From NCBI GenBank assembly GCA_964016885.1, contig OZ024742.1:8308001-8372000 (forward strand): a stretch of 64,000 nt of DNA. The letters are read 5' to 3'. Of the stretch, positions 24,844 to 36,546 are shown piece by piece (within the stretch, counting starts at the first letter, position 1; each line of letters opens with the position of its first letter). The notes under the pieces were generated by a model, which searched no databases, was not told the DNA's origin, and was given only the letters and a program-made list of their open reading frames with translations. The position numbers were made by a program, and so were the translations under genes. Origin of the DNA: Eledone cirrhosa (taxonomy: Eukaryota).

Positions 24844-24937
24844 ACCCCGACGGCTGAGCTCAAGCCGTTTCGACGGCTAATTCTGGACTGAATGAAAATT
24901 TATTCTGGTATTTAAATAGCCGAGCTTATCAAGGGGT
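24844..24937 (-). ncRNA. Hammerhead ribozyme with U3-A8 core, in the left inverted arm
   Basis: Reverse complement of 29113-29206, with one loop III difference. Confidence 0.78.
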
Positions 24938-25786
24938 AATTCCATATATGGTCAAAGAGATAATCACCAGGATTGGTCACATCACAAGTTAGTAGTAAAT
25001 CTGTGATGGCAAATTGGTGGGGGAAGGGGTAGCTGAACCTGCCGGTAGGAGAAAAAGGGAGAGGGGGTGGAGTAGACCCATTCATGCGTTGGTAGTGCCG
25101 GCTACAGCTGGGTGTGAGGTCAAAGAAGATACTGGGGAGGGGGAGGGGGAGGAAGTCGAAACGGTAAGTAGAACAAAGGGTAAAACTATAAAAGGTACTG
25201 AGAGAGAAAAAAAATAAGCAAAGTCTGGTTACTAAGACTTAAGTCTCTCGCTATTGCTAGGCTAAAGAAATACATAAATGAATAAATAAACAAATAAGTG
25301 AATAAAAGAATAGATAAATAAATTAAAACAAATATATATATATATATATAATGAAGAATAAAAAATAAATAAAAATAAACTAGGTGGGACGGAAATAAAG
25401 GGACCCTTATACGAGGTATAAGTGCGTGTATCGTACGGGACGAGTCAACAAAGGGGGTGGGGGGCAAAATACTAAAGAGACTACCACGAAATAATAAAGG
25501 TTTCTACCCAAATCACAGGGCCAGCAACCACCCAGAGCAAGAAAGTAAACTAGTACGAGAATATAATTCAGGGTCCCGCAAAAAAATACTCGTGCTAACT
25601 CTAAGGGTACCGCCACGAAACAAAAAGTCTTATACAAGCTACATGAAAGTTCGTACGAAGTAAAAGTAAAGTTCCTTACCACATTTCCTTCGTTATCTAG
25701 CTCCTATCCCCGTAGTAGAGCACTTTCCGACTTTACCACGCCGTATCCAGACTTTTCCGCTAAGCTCAATTTCTTTCACCCGCACC

Positions 25787-27944
25787 ATGCGAAAACACAA
25801 CATCGACTTCTCTACCAAGAACATCCCAATCCCACCGAAAAAACTTTACCTTCGGATGCTCACGCAAAAAATCGATCTATTTGCGAAAAGACTTAGATGG
25901 AGAACTTTTTTCTACGACAGATTTTGCGACAATCAGGACTTCGGTACCAAGGAGAGATTCGGATTTATTACCTACAAATCCCCCCCCCCCCCCGAACCCT
26001 TTGCTCTCACCCTTCGAGAATGACCTCTTCCAACTGGTCAAGAACCTTAAATTCAAACCCAGACACAACCGATTCCTACAAAAACTCCGTAGCAACTTAA
26101 CAGAGTATGATAACACCAATGACATCATGGTGCATTCGGATAAAACTGGGAACCTATACTTTGTCAACCCCGACAGATACCACTCACTGATCAGGAGCAG
26201 CCTAAACTCCACCTATAAAAAGGCTAACCACTCATGCATCGAGGACATTAATCGAGATGGACAACAAATTACCTCCAGCCTCGGGGTCGCTGACCGCACC
26301 GAACCCCTAGACCCACGGACACCTTACTTCACACTGAAGGACCACAAATCCGATTTCGACCGTAAACTATCTATCAGGCTTATAAATCCAACGAAGTCCG
26401 ACATAGGGAGAATCAGCAAAAAAATCCTAGACCGCGTGATACCAAAAGTCAAGCAACACGCCCGACTTAGCCTATGGATCAACACCCAGGAAGTTATCTC
26501 ATGGTTCAGCAATATGGAGGATAAACGAGACACTAAATTTATCCAGTTCGACATAGAGAGCTACTATGCTTCTATCACCTTACCGCTACTTACTGCCGCC
26601 TTGGACTTCGCCGAAGCACTCGTGCCTATCACCGACCAGGAAAGAAAAATCATCCTCCACGCCAGGAAGACAGTCTTACTCTTTGACAACTCCAAATGGA
26701 TACAAAGAGCTCCCGACTCACCCTTCGACGTCAGCATGGGCGCTACGGATTCGGCGGAGGTCACAGATATTATAGGATTATTCCTTATAGCCAAACTCAC
26801 CGATATGTTTCCTGCTTTCGGTGATGGATTGTACCGTGATGATGGGCTCCTTACCCTTAAAGGGTACAACCCCAGTAGTACAGATCGGGTCCGTAAACAA
26901 TTAATCAGCTTCTTCCGCGACTGGGGATTTAAAATAACCCTACAAACGTCCCTGACCCGAGTTAATTTCCTGGACGTTACCCTCGATCTCAATAATGACC
27001 TGTACTACCCATACAGGAAACCCAATGACAACCTACACTACATCCACCGCCGATCTAACCATCCTAGGAACATCACCAACAACCTGGTCAAAAACATCTC
27101 CCTCCGCATATCCCGTTTGTCAGCCAATGAGAAGATATTCGATGAACATGCGCCTTACTACAACCAGGCGCTCAAGCGGAGTGGCTTCCGGGAGGAAATA
27201 TCCTACTGTCCAGCTCCCATTAGCGGAACCAGCAGGCGACACCGCCGCTCACGCAATGTAACATGGTTCAATCCTCCCCACAACGCCGAGGTGACAACTC
27301 CCATCGGGAAAATTTTCTTTAGGCTCATTGAAAAACACTTCCCACCACAACACCGCTACCACAACATAATTAACAAAAATACCATCAAACTCTCTTACAT
27401 CACTACACCCAACTTCGCATAAAACATCGTCTCCTCCAACAACAAAAAACTCAACCCCGATGGAAGAAACAACCTAAATAGCAGTGGAGAGCCGACCAGG
27501 AGGTGCAACTGTCCTGATAGATCCAGTTGGCCCCTCGACAACAGATGCAGAGACCGTAATGTCATCTACCAGTGCAACGTGAGCACGGACACCTCCAACA
27601 AAGCTTATATAGGATTAACCGCATGTGACTTCAAGACCCGGCTATACCAACACAGACATACCTTCCGAAACCCGGCCCGGCGTCACGCCACTACACTTTC
27701 GGGCCACATATGGGACCTCAAGGACAACAGAATCAACTATGATCTCACTTGGAAATTACTGTCCAGAGCCAACCCTTACACGGGAGGACGCCGTCCGTGC
27801 AATTTATGCTCGGAGGAAACTTTACAAATGTTGTTTTCGACGGACCAACTCCTAAACAAGAAAGATGTACTGGTTACTGCATGTAAACACCGATTACGTA
27901 GGACTTACCTCGCCCTCAAACCCCATAATGACCCGGGGAGGTAG
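25787..27944 (+). pseudogene. PLE RT-GIY-YIG ORF (one frameshift in the poly-C at ~25980-25993, one in-frame TAA at 27420-27422)
   Basis: STKNIPIP, SDKTGN, TLKDHK, RLINPTKSDIG, QFDIESYYASI, FDVSMGATDSAE, GLYRDDGL, VNFLDV, SNHP, WFNPP, CNC-PL..C linker, NVIY...YIGLT, HIWDLK, CNLC. ORF 27579-27944 is in frame with 25881-27422. The Cys-rich linker suggests a Neptune/Nematis-like clade. Confidence 0.92.
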
Positions 27945-29112
27945 ACTAGGGCTATAACACCCCACTTGCCTATTTTGTAATGGGTAACCCCTGCTTGCCA
28001 ATGGAGACGTAAGATCTTCTTTTACATTCTTTTATCGCTTCCTCTATATTTCCTCCTTCCCCCATCCCTCCCTAGTCCTTCTACCCCAGTTCCCTTTCTT
28101 TGTCGTCGTCTTTTTCTCGCCCACCCGAGGTAGCCCCTCCGTCCCTTGTAGCTTCAGCACCCCCCTCCCCTATTCTATGATAGATTTGGCTGACTCCGCT
28201 TTTTATAGCAGAGGTGTTCGACTTCGTATACTTGCCCCCTACTCCGACCGCTGTCCCTTTTTTCCGTGCCTTCTAAATTTCTTAGTGGTATCTTTGCTTT
28301 AATTTCTCGTTTATCCAGTATTTCTTTCCTCTTTTCCCTTTTTTTTTTGGGGGGGGGGGGGGTCTGTATTAATTTTCCGTTCTTTACTTTTACTTCGTAC
28401 GATCTTTCATGTAGCTTGTATAAGACTTTTTGTCTCGTGGCGGTACCCTTAGAGTTAGCACGAGTATTTTTTTGCGGGACCCTGAATTATATTCTCGTAC
28501 TAGTTTACTTTCTTGCTCTGGGTGGTTGCTGGCCCTGTGATTGGGGTAGAAACCTTTATTATTTCGTGGTAGTCTCTTTAGTATTTTGGCCCCCCCTTTG
28601 TTGACCCGTCACCGTACGATACACGCACTTATACCTCGTATAAGGGTCCCTTTATTTCCGTCCCACCTAGTTTATTTTTATGTATTTTTTATTCTTCATT
28701 ATATATATATATATATTTTTTTTTTAATTTATTTATCTATTCTTTTATTCACTTATTTGTTTATTTATTCATTTATGTATTTCTTTAGCCTAGCAATAGC
28801 GAGAGACTTAAGTCTTAGTAACCAGACTTTGCTTATTTTTTTTCTCTCTCAGTACCTTTTATAGTTTTACCCTTTGTTCTACTTACCGTTTCGACTTCCT
28901 CCCCCTCCCCCTCCCCAGTATCTTCTTTGACCTCACACCCAGCTGTAGCCGGCACTACCAACGCATGAATGGGTCTACTCCACCCCCTCTCCCTTTTTCT
29001 CCTACCGGCAGGTTCAGCTACCCCTTCCCCCACCAATTTGCCATCACAGATTTACTACTAACTTGTGATGTGACCAATACTGGTGATTATATCTTTGACC
29101 ATATATGGAATT

Positions 29113-29206
29113 ACCCCTTGATAAGCTCGGCTATTTAAATACCAGAATAAATTTTCATTCAGTCCAGAATTAGCCGTCGAAACGGCTCGAGCTCAGCCGT
29201 CGGGGT
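29113..29206 (+). ncRNA. Hammerhead ribozyme with U3-A8 core at the element 3' end
   Basis: ACCCC-TTGATAA-G.CGGCTA...TAGCCG.C-GAAAC-GGCT..AGCC-GTC-GGGGT. Stems I, II and III are all present. Predicted cleavage after C29201. Confidence 0.8.
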
Positions 29207-29241
29207 CTTACTTGTTCCTATTACCCACTATAGAGTGGGTA

Positions 29242-29302
<61 letters not shown>

Positions 29303-29448
29303 CATATATTCATACATATTTGTTTTATACATACATACACACACATACACACACATATATATATATGTATATGTTTAACGAAGTGGTAGTTTGTATTTAA
29401 ATGCAAAAATACATGTGGTGTTAAATGTATTAACTCTCTCTCTCTCTC

Positions 29449-29501
<53 letters not shown>

Positions 29502-29655
29502 TTAAGGATACTATTTATGGTTATGTATATACTAAAACATTTTATAGTTATATATATTTTAAACCCTAAATAGTGAAAGATAGTAATTTATTACTACCTT
29601 ATTACCAGTAAGATAAATAGCTCAATGTAATAACATCAGTTGTTCTACAGAGCAG

Positions 29656-29712
<57 letters not shown>

Positions 29713-29753
29713 TTAAAAATATCGATAAATATAGACATTCATGTGATCAAATA

Positions 29754-29819
29754 TATTTTATTATATATATTTCAGAGGTACTGTGCTGTTTCCTCAGTAC
29801 GTCCTCATCAGATAAAATA
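29754..29819 (-). ncRNA. Type I hammerhead ribozyme in a (TA)n-flanked PLE terminus (~29710-30006)
   Basis: Minus strand TATTTTAT-CTGATGA-GGACGTACTG...CAGTACCTCT-GAAAT-ATAT-ATA-ATAAAATA: 8-bp stem I and palindromic ATATAT stem III. Confidence 0.75.
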
Positions 29820-30018
29820 AATTGATGTCTGACATAACTCAACTGTGCAGATGGTTCGATTCCAGTCTTGGTATATTTATTAATATTTATTAATATTTTG
29901 AATTAATATTAATAACTCCAGAAAACTTCCTTGCTGAGTGCTTCTAATCTATTGTAAAACTATATTCATTGATTAATCAATGAACCTTGTTTAACTTTTG
30001 GTTACTTATATATATATA

Positions 30019-30192
30019 TAGATAACGAAGGAAATGTGGTAAGGAACCAGGTGGACCATAACGCACCAAAGTACTCAATACTTAGGGTAGTAGAGTGGGT
30101 AATAGGAACCAGTAAGACCCCGACGGCTGAGCTCAAGCCGTTTCGACGGCTAATTCTGGACTAGAATTAGTCGGGGTCTTACTGGTTCCTAT
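30019..30192 (-). mobile_element. Mini-derivative of the 24833-29217 PLE (tail-to-head junction plus fold-back terminus)
   Basis: 30019-30047 is the reverse complement of 25671-25699. 30104-30160 matches the pLTR end at 24833-24889. 30102-30192 has inverted ends. (TA)n lies on both sides. Confidence 0.85.
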
Positions 30193-31045
30193 ATATATAT
30201 ATATATAAGTGTTCCTATATCTATATTCCTATCTATTCATATTCCTAATAGTTTATGTATATTCAAAAGGGCTCCCCTCACCCCTCTCCCTTCCTTACCA
30301 AATCCTATTCTTCACACATCATCTATCTCTAATTCTGCTTCTTTCGTTTTACCAAACTTTCAACTTTCCTTTGACATTACTCAATACACTTTAATTGTCT
30401 TCATACCAACATCCTAAACCTTATTATGCACTAATTATGATAACTATAATAATCCTTTATTATAGTTATAATAATATAGTTTTACTCTTCTTACATCCCT
30501 ACTTATTAATATTGATATTATTATCATTATTATAATATATTTTTTAGCAGTATCATTTTATTTAATTAGTCCAATTGTAGTATATGCTTCAATACACACC
30601 TCTCTATAGTTCACCTGCTTTATTCCTATTAACCTTAAATCAAAGGCCAGACATCCTAGACTAAGCCACTGCCAAACCTCCACAATTCACTGAAGCCTTA
30701 ACTACCACTCACCTCGCCTCCTCCTCCACATCCTTGCACTTCTTCTTCTTCTTCTTCTAATTCTTCTTCTTTGCTTTCTTTTTCCACTTTTTTCTACTTT
30801 ATTCCTGATTTCGACCCCCCTTCCTCTATCTATCTATCTATCTTGATAGAGTAAGACACGCTTCGCATCGGCTCCGCTATTCCATCGGGATTTACCCTTA
30901 CTATTGTAAGTATCGGATAAAATTTTTAGTGCAACACATTTGGAACACTAACCCCTGTTATTTAGGGAAACATTTTTGCATTTACCCCCTTTTTAGGGGG
31001 TAAAATAAATATCTATTTTTGCCGAAAAATTTCTTTCTTGGCAGC

Positions 31046-32881
31046 ATGGCGGAAAAGATGGCAGACATGTCTGCCATTAGCTCTGCCACGCCCCCCAAGT
31101 CTGAAGAACAAAAAATAATTACAACAAAATTAGACATTGAAACAAACAAACAAAATGAAAAAACAAATGTTAAGGAAAATGAGCAAACAGAAAACAAACA
31201 AACAGAAAATAATACAAATAACGACAGGGCAACTTTCGCCCAGAAAACAAAGCAATCCATTACATACACACCAATTGACCTAACTGCCGCCAGAGAAAAA
31301 CTGGCCGAAGCAAAGAAACATATTGTTTTGGGAGAGAACGGAATGTTTTCCATTAACTCCCCCCCAGAATTCAAGAAAGCCAGAGAAGAAAACACAGTTA
31401 TATACAGAACTATACTAAACCAGTCAAGAAAGCCAGCACAGCCCAGCCAAATGGAAATAGAGTTAGTCCTAAAAGACTATATGAAGAATATTCTCTTCAT
31501 ACGAAAGGACCGACTCTATGGCAGCATTTCGGTCCTAACAAGAGACAAAGAAACGGCGGTTCAGCTTTCCCTAAGCCCACTCTCGTCGACAACATATAGC
31601 TTCTATCCCTCCTACATGGGTAGAAGAACACAGAGGGTAAAAGTAAAAACAATGCTGCCCACAATGGACTTCTGGTGGGCTATTGCTGGCTTCATTGATA
31701 TGGGCGAAGACACTATGCTGTCAATGGGGAAGGCAACTGGAGATGCGTTCCTGGGAATGGGCCTCGACATACTAGTCCAAATGAGGCCCGAAAGAATAGC
31801 ACAAATCCCGGATCGCATCTGGCTGGATGACCTTACCCCAATAGACATAATTGTAGAGGGGAGAAGACCAGCATGCTATTTATGCATGGAAAGGGGACAC
31901 GTTAAGGCTAACTGCCCGAAACGTATCCCCCAAAAAGGACTATTGCCCACACCCACCACAAACAGTACACCAGCACCACCCACCTCCAAAAATACACTAA
32001 TACCACACACAGCAAACAAAATACAGACACCACCAACCACAAACACAACACAAACATCACCACCACCAGCACCAAACACAAGCACGACACAAAAATCACC
32101 ACCACCAACCACAACACAAACATCACCACCACCATTACCAACCACAAGCACGACACAAACATTACCACCACCACCACCACAAAACCCATTCCAAACAAAT
32201 AATAAAAAAAACAGTAACAAATCTACCCCTCCCGCAAAAAAAAAACAACCACACAACACGTCCCTCCCACCTAGCGCTGAAGAGTTTCCCCCAACTTCTG
32301 AAGAAGAAGGAGGAGAAGCCTTCAGACAAGTTAAAAGAAAAAAAAGAAAACACACACCCAGCACACCACAAATAACCCACACACAAACACCAACTCCAAT
32401 CAAAAACACCCCACCCTCAACAAACAAAAATAAATCTGCGCCTCCCCTCTCCGAAACATTGACAGCATCACAAAAAAAGACGTTGCAATACACATATATA
32501 AATAAAGAAAACAAAAAACTGGTTAAATTAATAAACAATAACCCTATGGTGCAGACCGAAGGGCCAAACTTTATCTCAACAGAGAACTTCACCCATTTAA
32601 AAATGATAAAGGTCCCTCTGGACCTTTATCGTTCCTTAAAAGAACAATTTAGACGGGACGTGAGCCCCCCCTGTTTAAAACCGTTGAATCGCGTCCTCTT
32701 GAAAGATTTCCCCATAACCGCCCCTCTCCCTGACACAACTCCAAATACCCCAACCCCACCACACACGTGTACCCCCACACCACCACAAAACATCCCTCCA
32801 CCCAACACACCTGATGCCATGGAAATTACGCAACCCGGAGAGGTAAGTGCTTTTCTTTCTTCACTTTCAACACCAAAATAG
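31046..32881 (+). CDS. Tx1-like ORF1 (gag-like, CCHC knuckle), copy 1, intact
   Basis: CYLCMERGHVKANC zinc knuckle, P/T-rich region, basic KRKKRK motif. First ATG at 31046. Confidence 0.85.
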   Translation: MAEKMADMSAISSATPPKSEEQKIITTKLDIETNKQNEKTNVKENEQTENKQTENNTNNDRATFAQKTKQSITYTPIDLTAAREKLAEAKKHIVLGENGMFSINSPPEFKKAREENTVIYRTILNQSRKPAQPSQMEIELVLKDYMKNILFIRKDRLYGSISVLTRDKETAVQLSLSPLSSTTYSFYPSYMGRRTQRVKVKTMLPTMDFWWAIAGFIDMGEDTMLSMGKATGDAFLGMGLDILVQMRPERIAQIPDRIWLDDLTPIDIIVEGRRPACYLCMERGHVKANCPKRIPQKGLLPTPTTNSTPAPPTSKNTLIPHTANKIQTPPTTNTTQTSPPPAPNTSTTQKSPPPTTTQTSPPPLPTTSTTQTLPPPPPQNPFQTNNKKNSNKSTPPAKKKQPHNTSLPPSAEEFPPTSEEEGGEAFRQVKRKKRKHTPSTPQITHTQTPTPIKNTPPSTNKNKSAPPLSETLTASQKKTLQYTYINKENKKLVKLINNNPMVQTEGPNFISTENFTHLKMIKVPLDLYRSLKEQFRRDVSPPCLKPLNRVLLKDFPITAPLPDTTPNTPTPPHTCTPTPPQNIPPPNTPDAMEITQPGEVSAFLSSLSTPK

Positions 32882-32886
32882 ATCAA

Positions 32887-35800
32887 TTGAGAGTTGGCTG
32901 TTTGAATGCGCGTGGCCTGAGCTCAGCTTGGAAGCAAGCAAAGCTTCTAAGTGACCTCAGGTCACAAAGTATAGATGTGATGGTTGTTTGCGAGAGTCGG
33001 ATCAGCAGCGTGAGACAGCTGGCGCCCGCCTTCGATGACTTTGAGATGCACGCATCTCTCTGTCAACCCGGAGGCGGGGGGGGAGTTGCCGTACTGCTGG
33101 ATAAACGTCTAACTCTCGACGTACAGATTGTTCACTCGGACCCGGGGGGTCGATTACTGGTGCTGGACGTCGGAGGTGGTGAAGGCGGGGCTTTCAGACT
33201 GGTCGGTCTTTATGCTCCCTTCGGGGCGGAGAGAGCCGACTTCTTCCAACGTCTGGAGACTTTTCTAGGAACGTCGCGTTCCCTGCTTTTAGTGGGGGAC
33301 TGGAATGGAATCCTAGATGCGCGTTGGGACTATGCAGGGGCATGTCCCGATAGAGGGGGGTGTAGCAGCCTCAAGGGGTTACTCGATCGATTCGACCTGG
33401 TCGATAGATTTCGACTAGATTGTCCAACTGCGCCAACCTGGACCTGGGCAAACCGCAGTGGACAATCTAGATCGTACCTAGATAGGTTTTTGGTTAGGAG
33501 TAAGGATAGGGACGTATTTAGTTGTCCAGAACTGATCATGGTTGGCTATTCAGATCACAAATTAGTGACCTGCGTGGTCAACCTTGATAGAACGCATAGA
33601 CAGGGTCCCGGTTACTGGAAGATGAACTTGTCCTTACCGACAAAGAAAGATTACAGAAACCGGATTAGTAGCTTAGTTAAGATGCGGTTGACGGGAGCGA
33701 TCGTCAACAGTAGGTGGTGGATATCTCTAAAGAGAGAGATTAGAGTAAGTTCGATAGGTTACAGTAAGGAACTAGCGGCGAATAGAAATAGGAGGGAAAG
33801 GGAGTTAACAGATAAACTAGAAGAGGCGATTAGGAGCGGAGACGTAGCCAGAGTGTTAGCGACGAGAACGGCATTGAGCCAGTTCTTTGACACGAAGCAC
33901 GAAGGCTGCGTTGTCCGAAGTAAAATACGTGCTTTAGGAAACGAGGGGACCAAAGCTGTTAGCTGGGCCCGCGTGACAGAAGCCAAGAGTGGGATTAAAT
34001 CCACCATTCGGTCTTTGCGAGACCAGGATGGACGGGTGATCCTTGAACCTGAGCGAATGTGCGAGACCTTTCAAAGGCACTTTGCTCGACTGTTCGGAGG
34101 TGGCGGGGGGCCGGACGGGGATGTGGACTTCGGTCCATACCTCGACGGTCTACCGCGTCTTTCGAGCGGCGAAGCGGATTCCTGCGAAGGGCCAATCACA
34201 GCCACTGAAATCGGGGAAGCGCTCAGCCAATGCAGCAGACGCAAATCCCCGGGTCTCGATGGTCTACCATACGAACTTTATTTAGCTATGCCGGTCTTGT
34301 TCTCCGAACTCCTCGAGGCTGTCTATTGCAACTGGCAACAGAACGGGAGAATTCCCTGTTCTGTGACCAAGGGCGTGGTCACGCTAGTGAGGAAGGACGA
34401 GAGCAAGGGGGACGACTTAAGTAACTTTAGGCCCATAACTCTGCTGAATGCAGAGTTACAGATTTTGGCCAAGGTGTTGGCGAAGAGGTTGGCGCTTGTG
34501 GTGGGTGGTTTGGTGGGAGACGCGCAGACATGCGCTATCCCGTCCAGGTCCATTCACGACAACCTCCACCTCATGCGATACATCATAGAGAGGGTTGGCT
34601 ACGAACCCGGCTTTGGTGGGGCCCTGATCAACTTGGATCAATCTAAGGCGTTCGATAGGGTCGACCATGGTTACCTGGATGCGGTGCTAGCGGCGGCGGG
34701 CTTCGGACCCGTTTTCAGGGGCTGGATTTCTGCCATGCACAGTGGCAACATCTACTCTAGGATTAAAGTAAACGGCTACCTCTCGGAGCCGTTTCAAATC
34801 ACCCGATCCATCAGACAGGGGTGCCCCCTCTCCTCCCTTCTGTACGTATTGACTCTCGAGCCACTGCTGCGGAAGTTGGAGTTGCTGCGGGGCATACCCC
34901 TGGAACCGGGATTGCACAAAGCGGTCTCGGCCTATGCCGACGACGTAACAGTAATGGTGGCGGACGCCTCGGAAATCGGGGCGATCGCCACCCTACTGGA
35001 GGAATACGAAAGGCTGACGGGGGCTAAGCTGAACCAGGACAAGTCAGTCGGTTTGCAACTCGGAACGTGGAGGGGCAAACCGATGCCGTTAGACGGTGTC
35101 GTCGGGCGGTGGACGGAGGGCCCGGTGAAGCTACTCGGGGTCTGGTTCGGACCGGACCTCCAGGTGGAGAAGAATTGGGGCGAGGTGACGAGCAGGGTGT
35201 TTGCGCTGACCCAGAAGTGGGCCAAGTGCAAACTATCACTGAAAGGTCGGGCGGAGGTGACGAACGCTTACATAGCGTCCGTCATCTACTACCGCCTGAC
35301 CGTCGTGCCTTGCCCCAAGGAAAAGCTCACCATCATGGAACGCATGCTCTTCCAGTTCCTCTGGAAGAAGCGGCCTCCCATGGTGAGGAGATCCATCTGC
35401 TGCCAGCACCCTTCGAAAGGAGGGCTGGGTATGCCGTGGCTGTTGATGCGTAGGCACGCATTGAGGCTACGGCATCTACAGGTATTCCTCAACGGTCAGC
35501 CGGTGTGGGCCCCGTTTGTGAGGCGAGCCTTCCCACAGCTCGTCTCGCTCACCGAACTGCAATCCTGGGTGAAGCAAAGACCGAGAAAACTGGGCAACTG
35601 GCACACCGAGTGTGCCCAGGCGCTCACGGCTATCTGGCAAGCGGACCCGACTATCAGTGGAGAATCCACCTCGACATTCTATAGAGGGTTGGTGGCTAGC
35701 AAGGGCGACGACACCCTTGGAGAGTCGCTAGGCATGGAGGAGGACGAACTGGCCAGCCTGTTCGGTAGAACTTTCGGCCCGGGACCCATGGACAACTTCC

Positions 35801-36315
35801 AGAGGTCCCTAGCCTGGCAGTGTTACCGAGGGGCTCTGCCCGTTCGAGAAAAGCTCTACAGACACGGGCGCCCGGGCAGGGATCCCGCGAAAAAGATCTG
35901 CCCCAGATGCGTGCGCGACGAGGAAACCGTTGCGCATGCACTGGTACACTGCCCGGGCGTTATCGATCTGTGGGGCTACGTCGAACGACTGCTGTCGCGT
36001 GTGGCGCCGATTCGATTAACCGCCGAGTCTGTGGTGAACATCAAGCCGCCTCCTCCCTTCAGAAATGAAGCAGAGGCGGTCTTTCTGTGCGTAATAGCCA
36101 TGATGAAAGAGGTTGTGTGGTGGACGCGCCTGAAAGGTCTGAGGTCGGGTGACTTTCTCTCCGGCCATCACCTGGTTTACTTCTTCTGATACCACTTCGG
36201 AAGAAGGATCAGGATGTAGAGAGAAGTGCTTGGCCCCAGACAGTTCTATGAAAGGTGGGTGAAAGAAGCGAGAATGGCCCGTGTAAATGGGCCTTCTCTC
36301 TACATTGTTCTGTAG
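32887..36315 (+). pseudogene. Tx1-like ORF2 (APE endonuclease, RT, Cys/His domain), copy 1; two stops near the C-terminus (36187, 36217)
   Basis: APE: LNARG, GGVAVL, LYAP, GDWN, LDRFL, SDH. RT: KSPGLDG, FRPITLLN, LDQSKAFDRVDH, IRQGCPLS, AYADD. C-terminal CPRC..ETVAHALVHC. The true end is defined by copies 2 and 3. Confidence 0.9.
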
Positions 36316-36546
36316 GTGAAGAAGTGAAGAAGAAAGGGGGAGCGCCTCCTCTCTGGGCTTCCCCCGCGAAAAGAGTTGCACACTTTTCGGGGGTATGTGC
36401 AATCCCCAACACGCCCCCTCCCTTTTGAGGACTTTTTATTGTTATATTATTATTGTTATTCCTTTTTTCTTTACTCGATTTATGTAAACTCCCCCACTGT
36501 GTAAATGTCCCCTTCTTTTGTGCCCTCGTGGCAAATAAATAGAAAT

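Larger units (their letters stand above)
24833..29217 (+). mobile_element. Near-complete Penelope-like element with ~840-bp inverted terminal repeats (24833-25671 / 28382-29217)
   Basis: The arms are near-identical reverse complements. They flank an RT + GIY-YIG ORF, each carries an HHR, and (TA)n lies on both outer flanks. Confidence 0.93.

Noticed and set aside
32843-32881. 39-nt GT-AG mini-intron fusing ORF1 to ORF2
   Set aside because: Splicing keeps the ORF1 frame and hits TGA after two codons. It is also very short for an intron.
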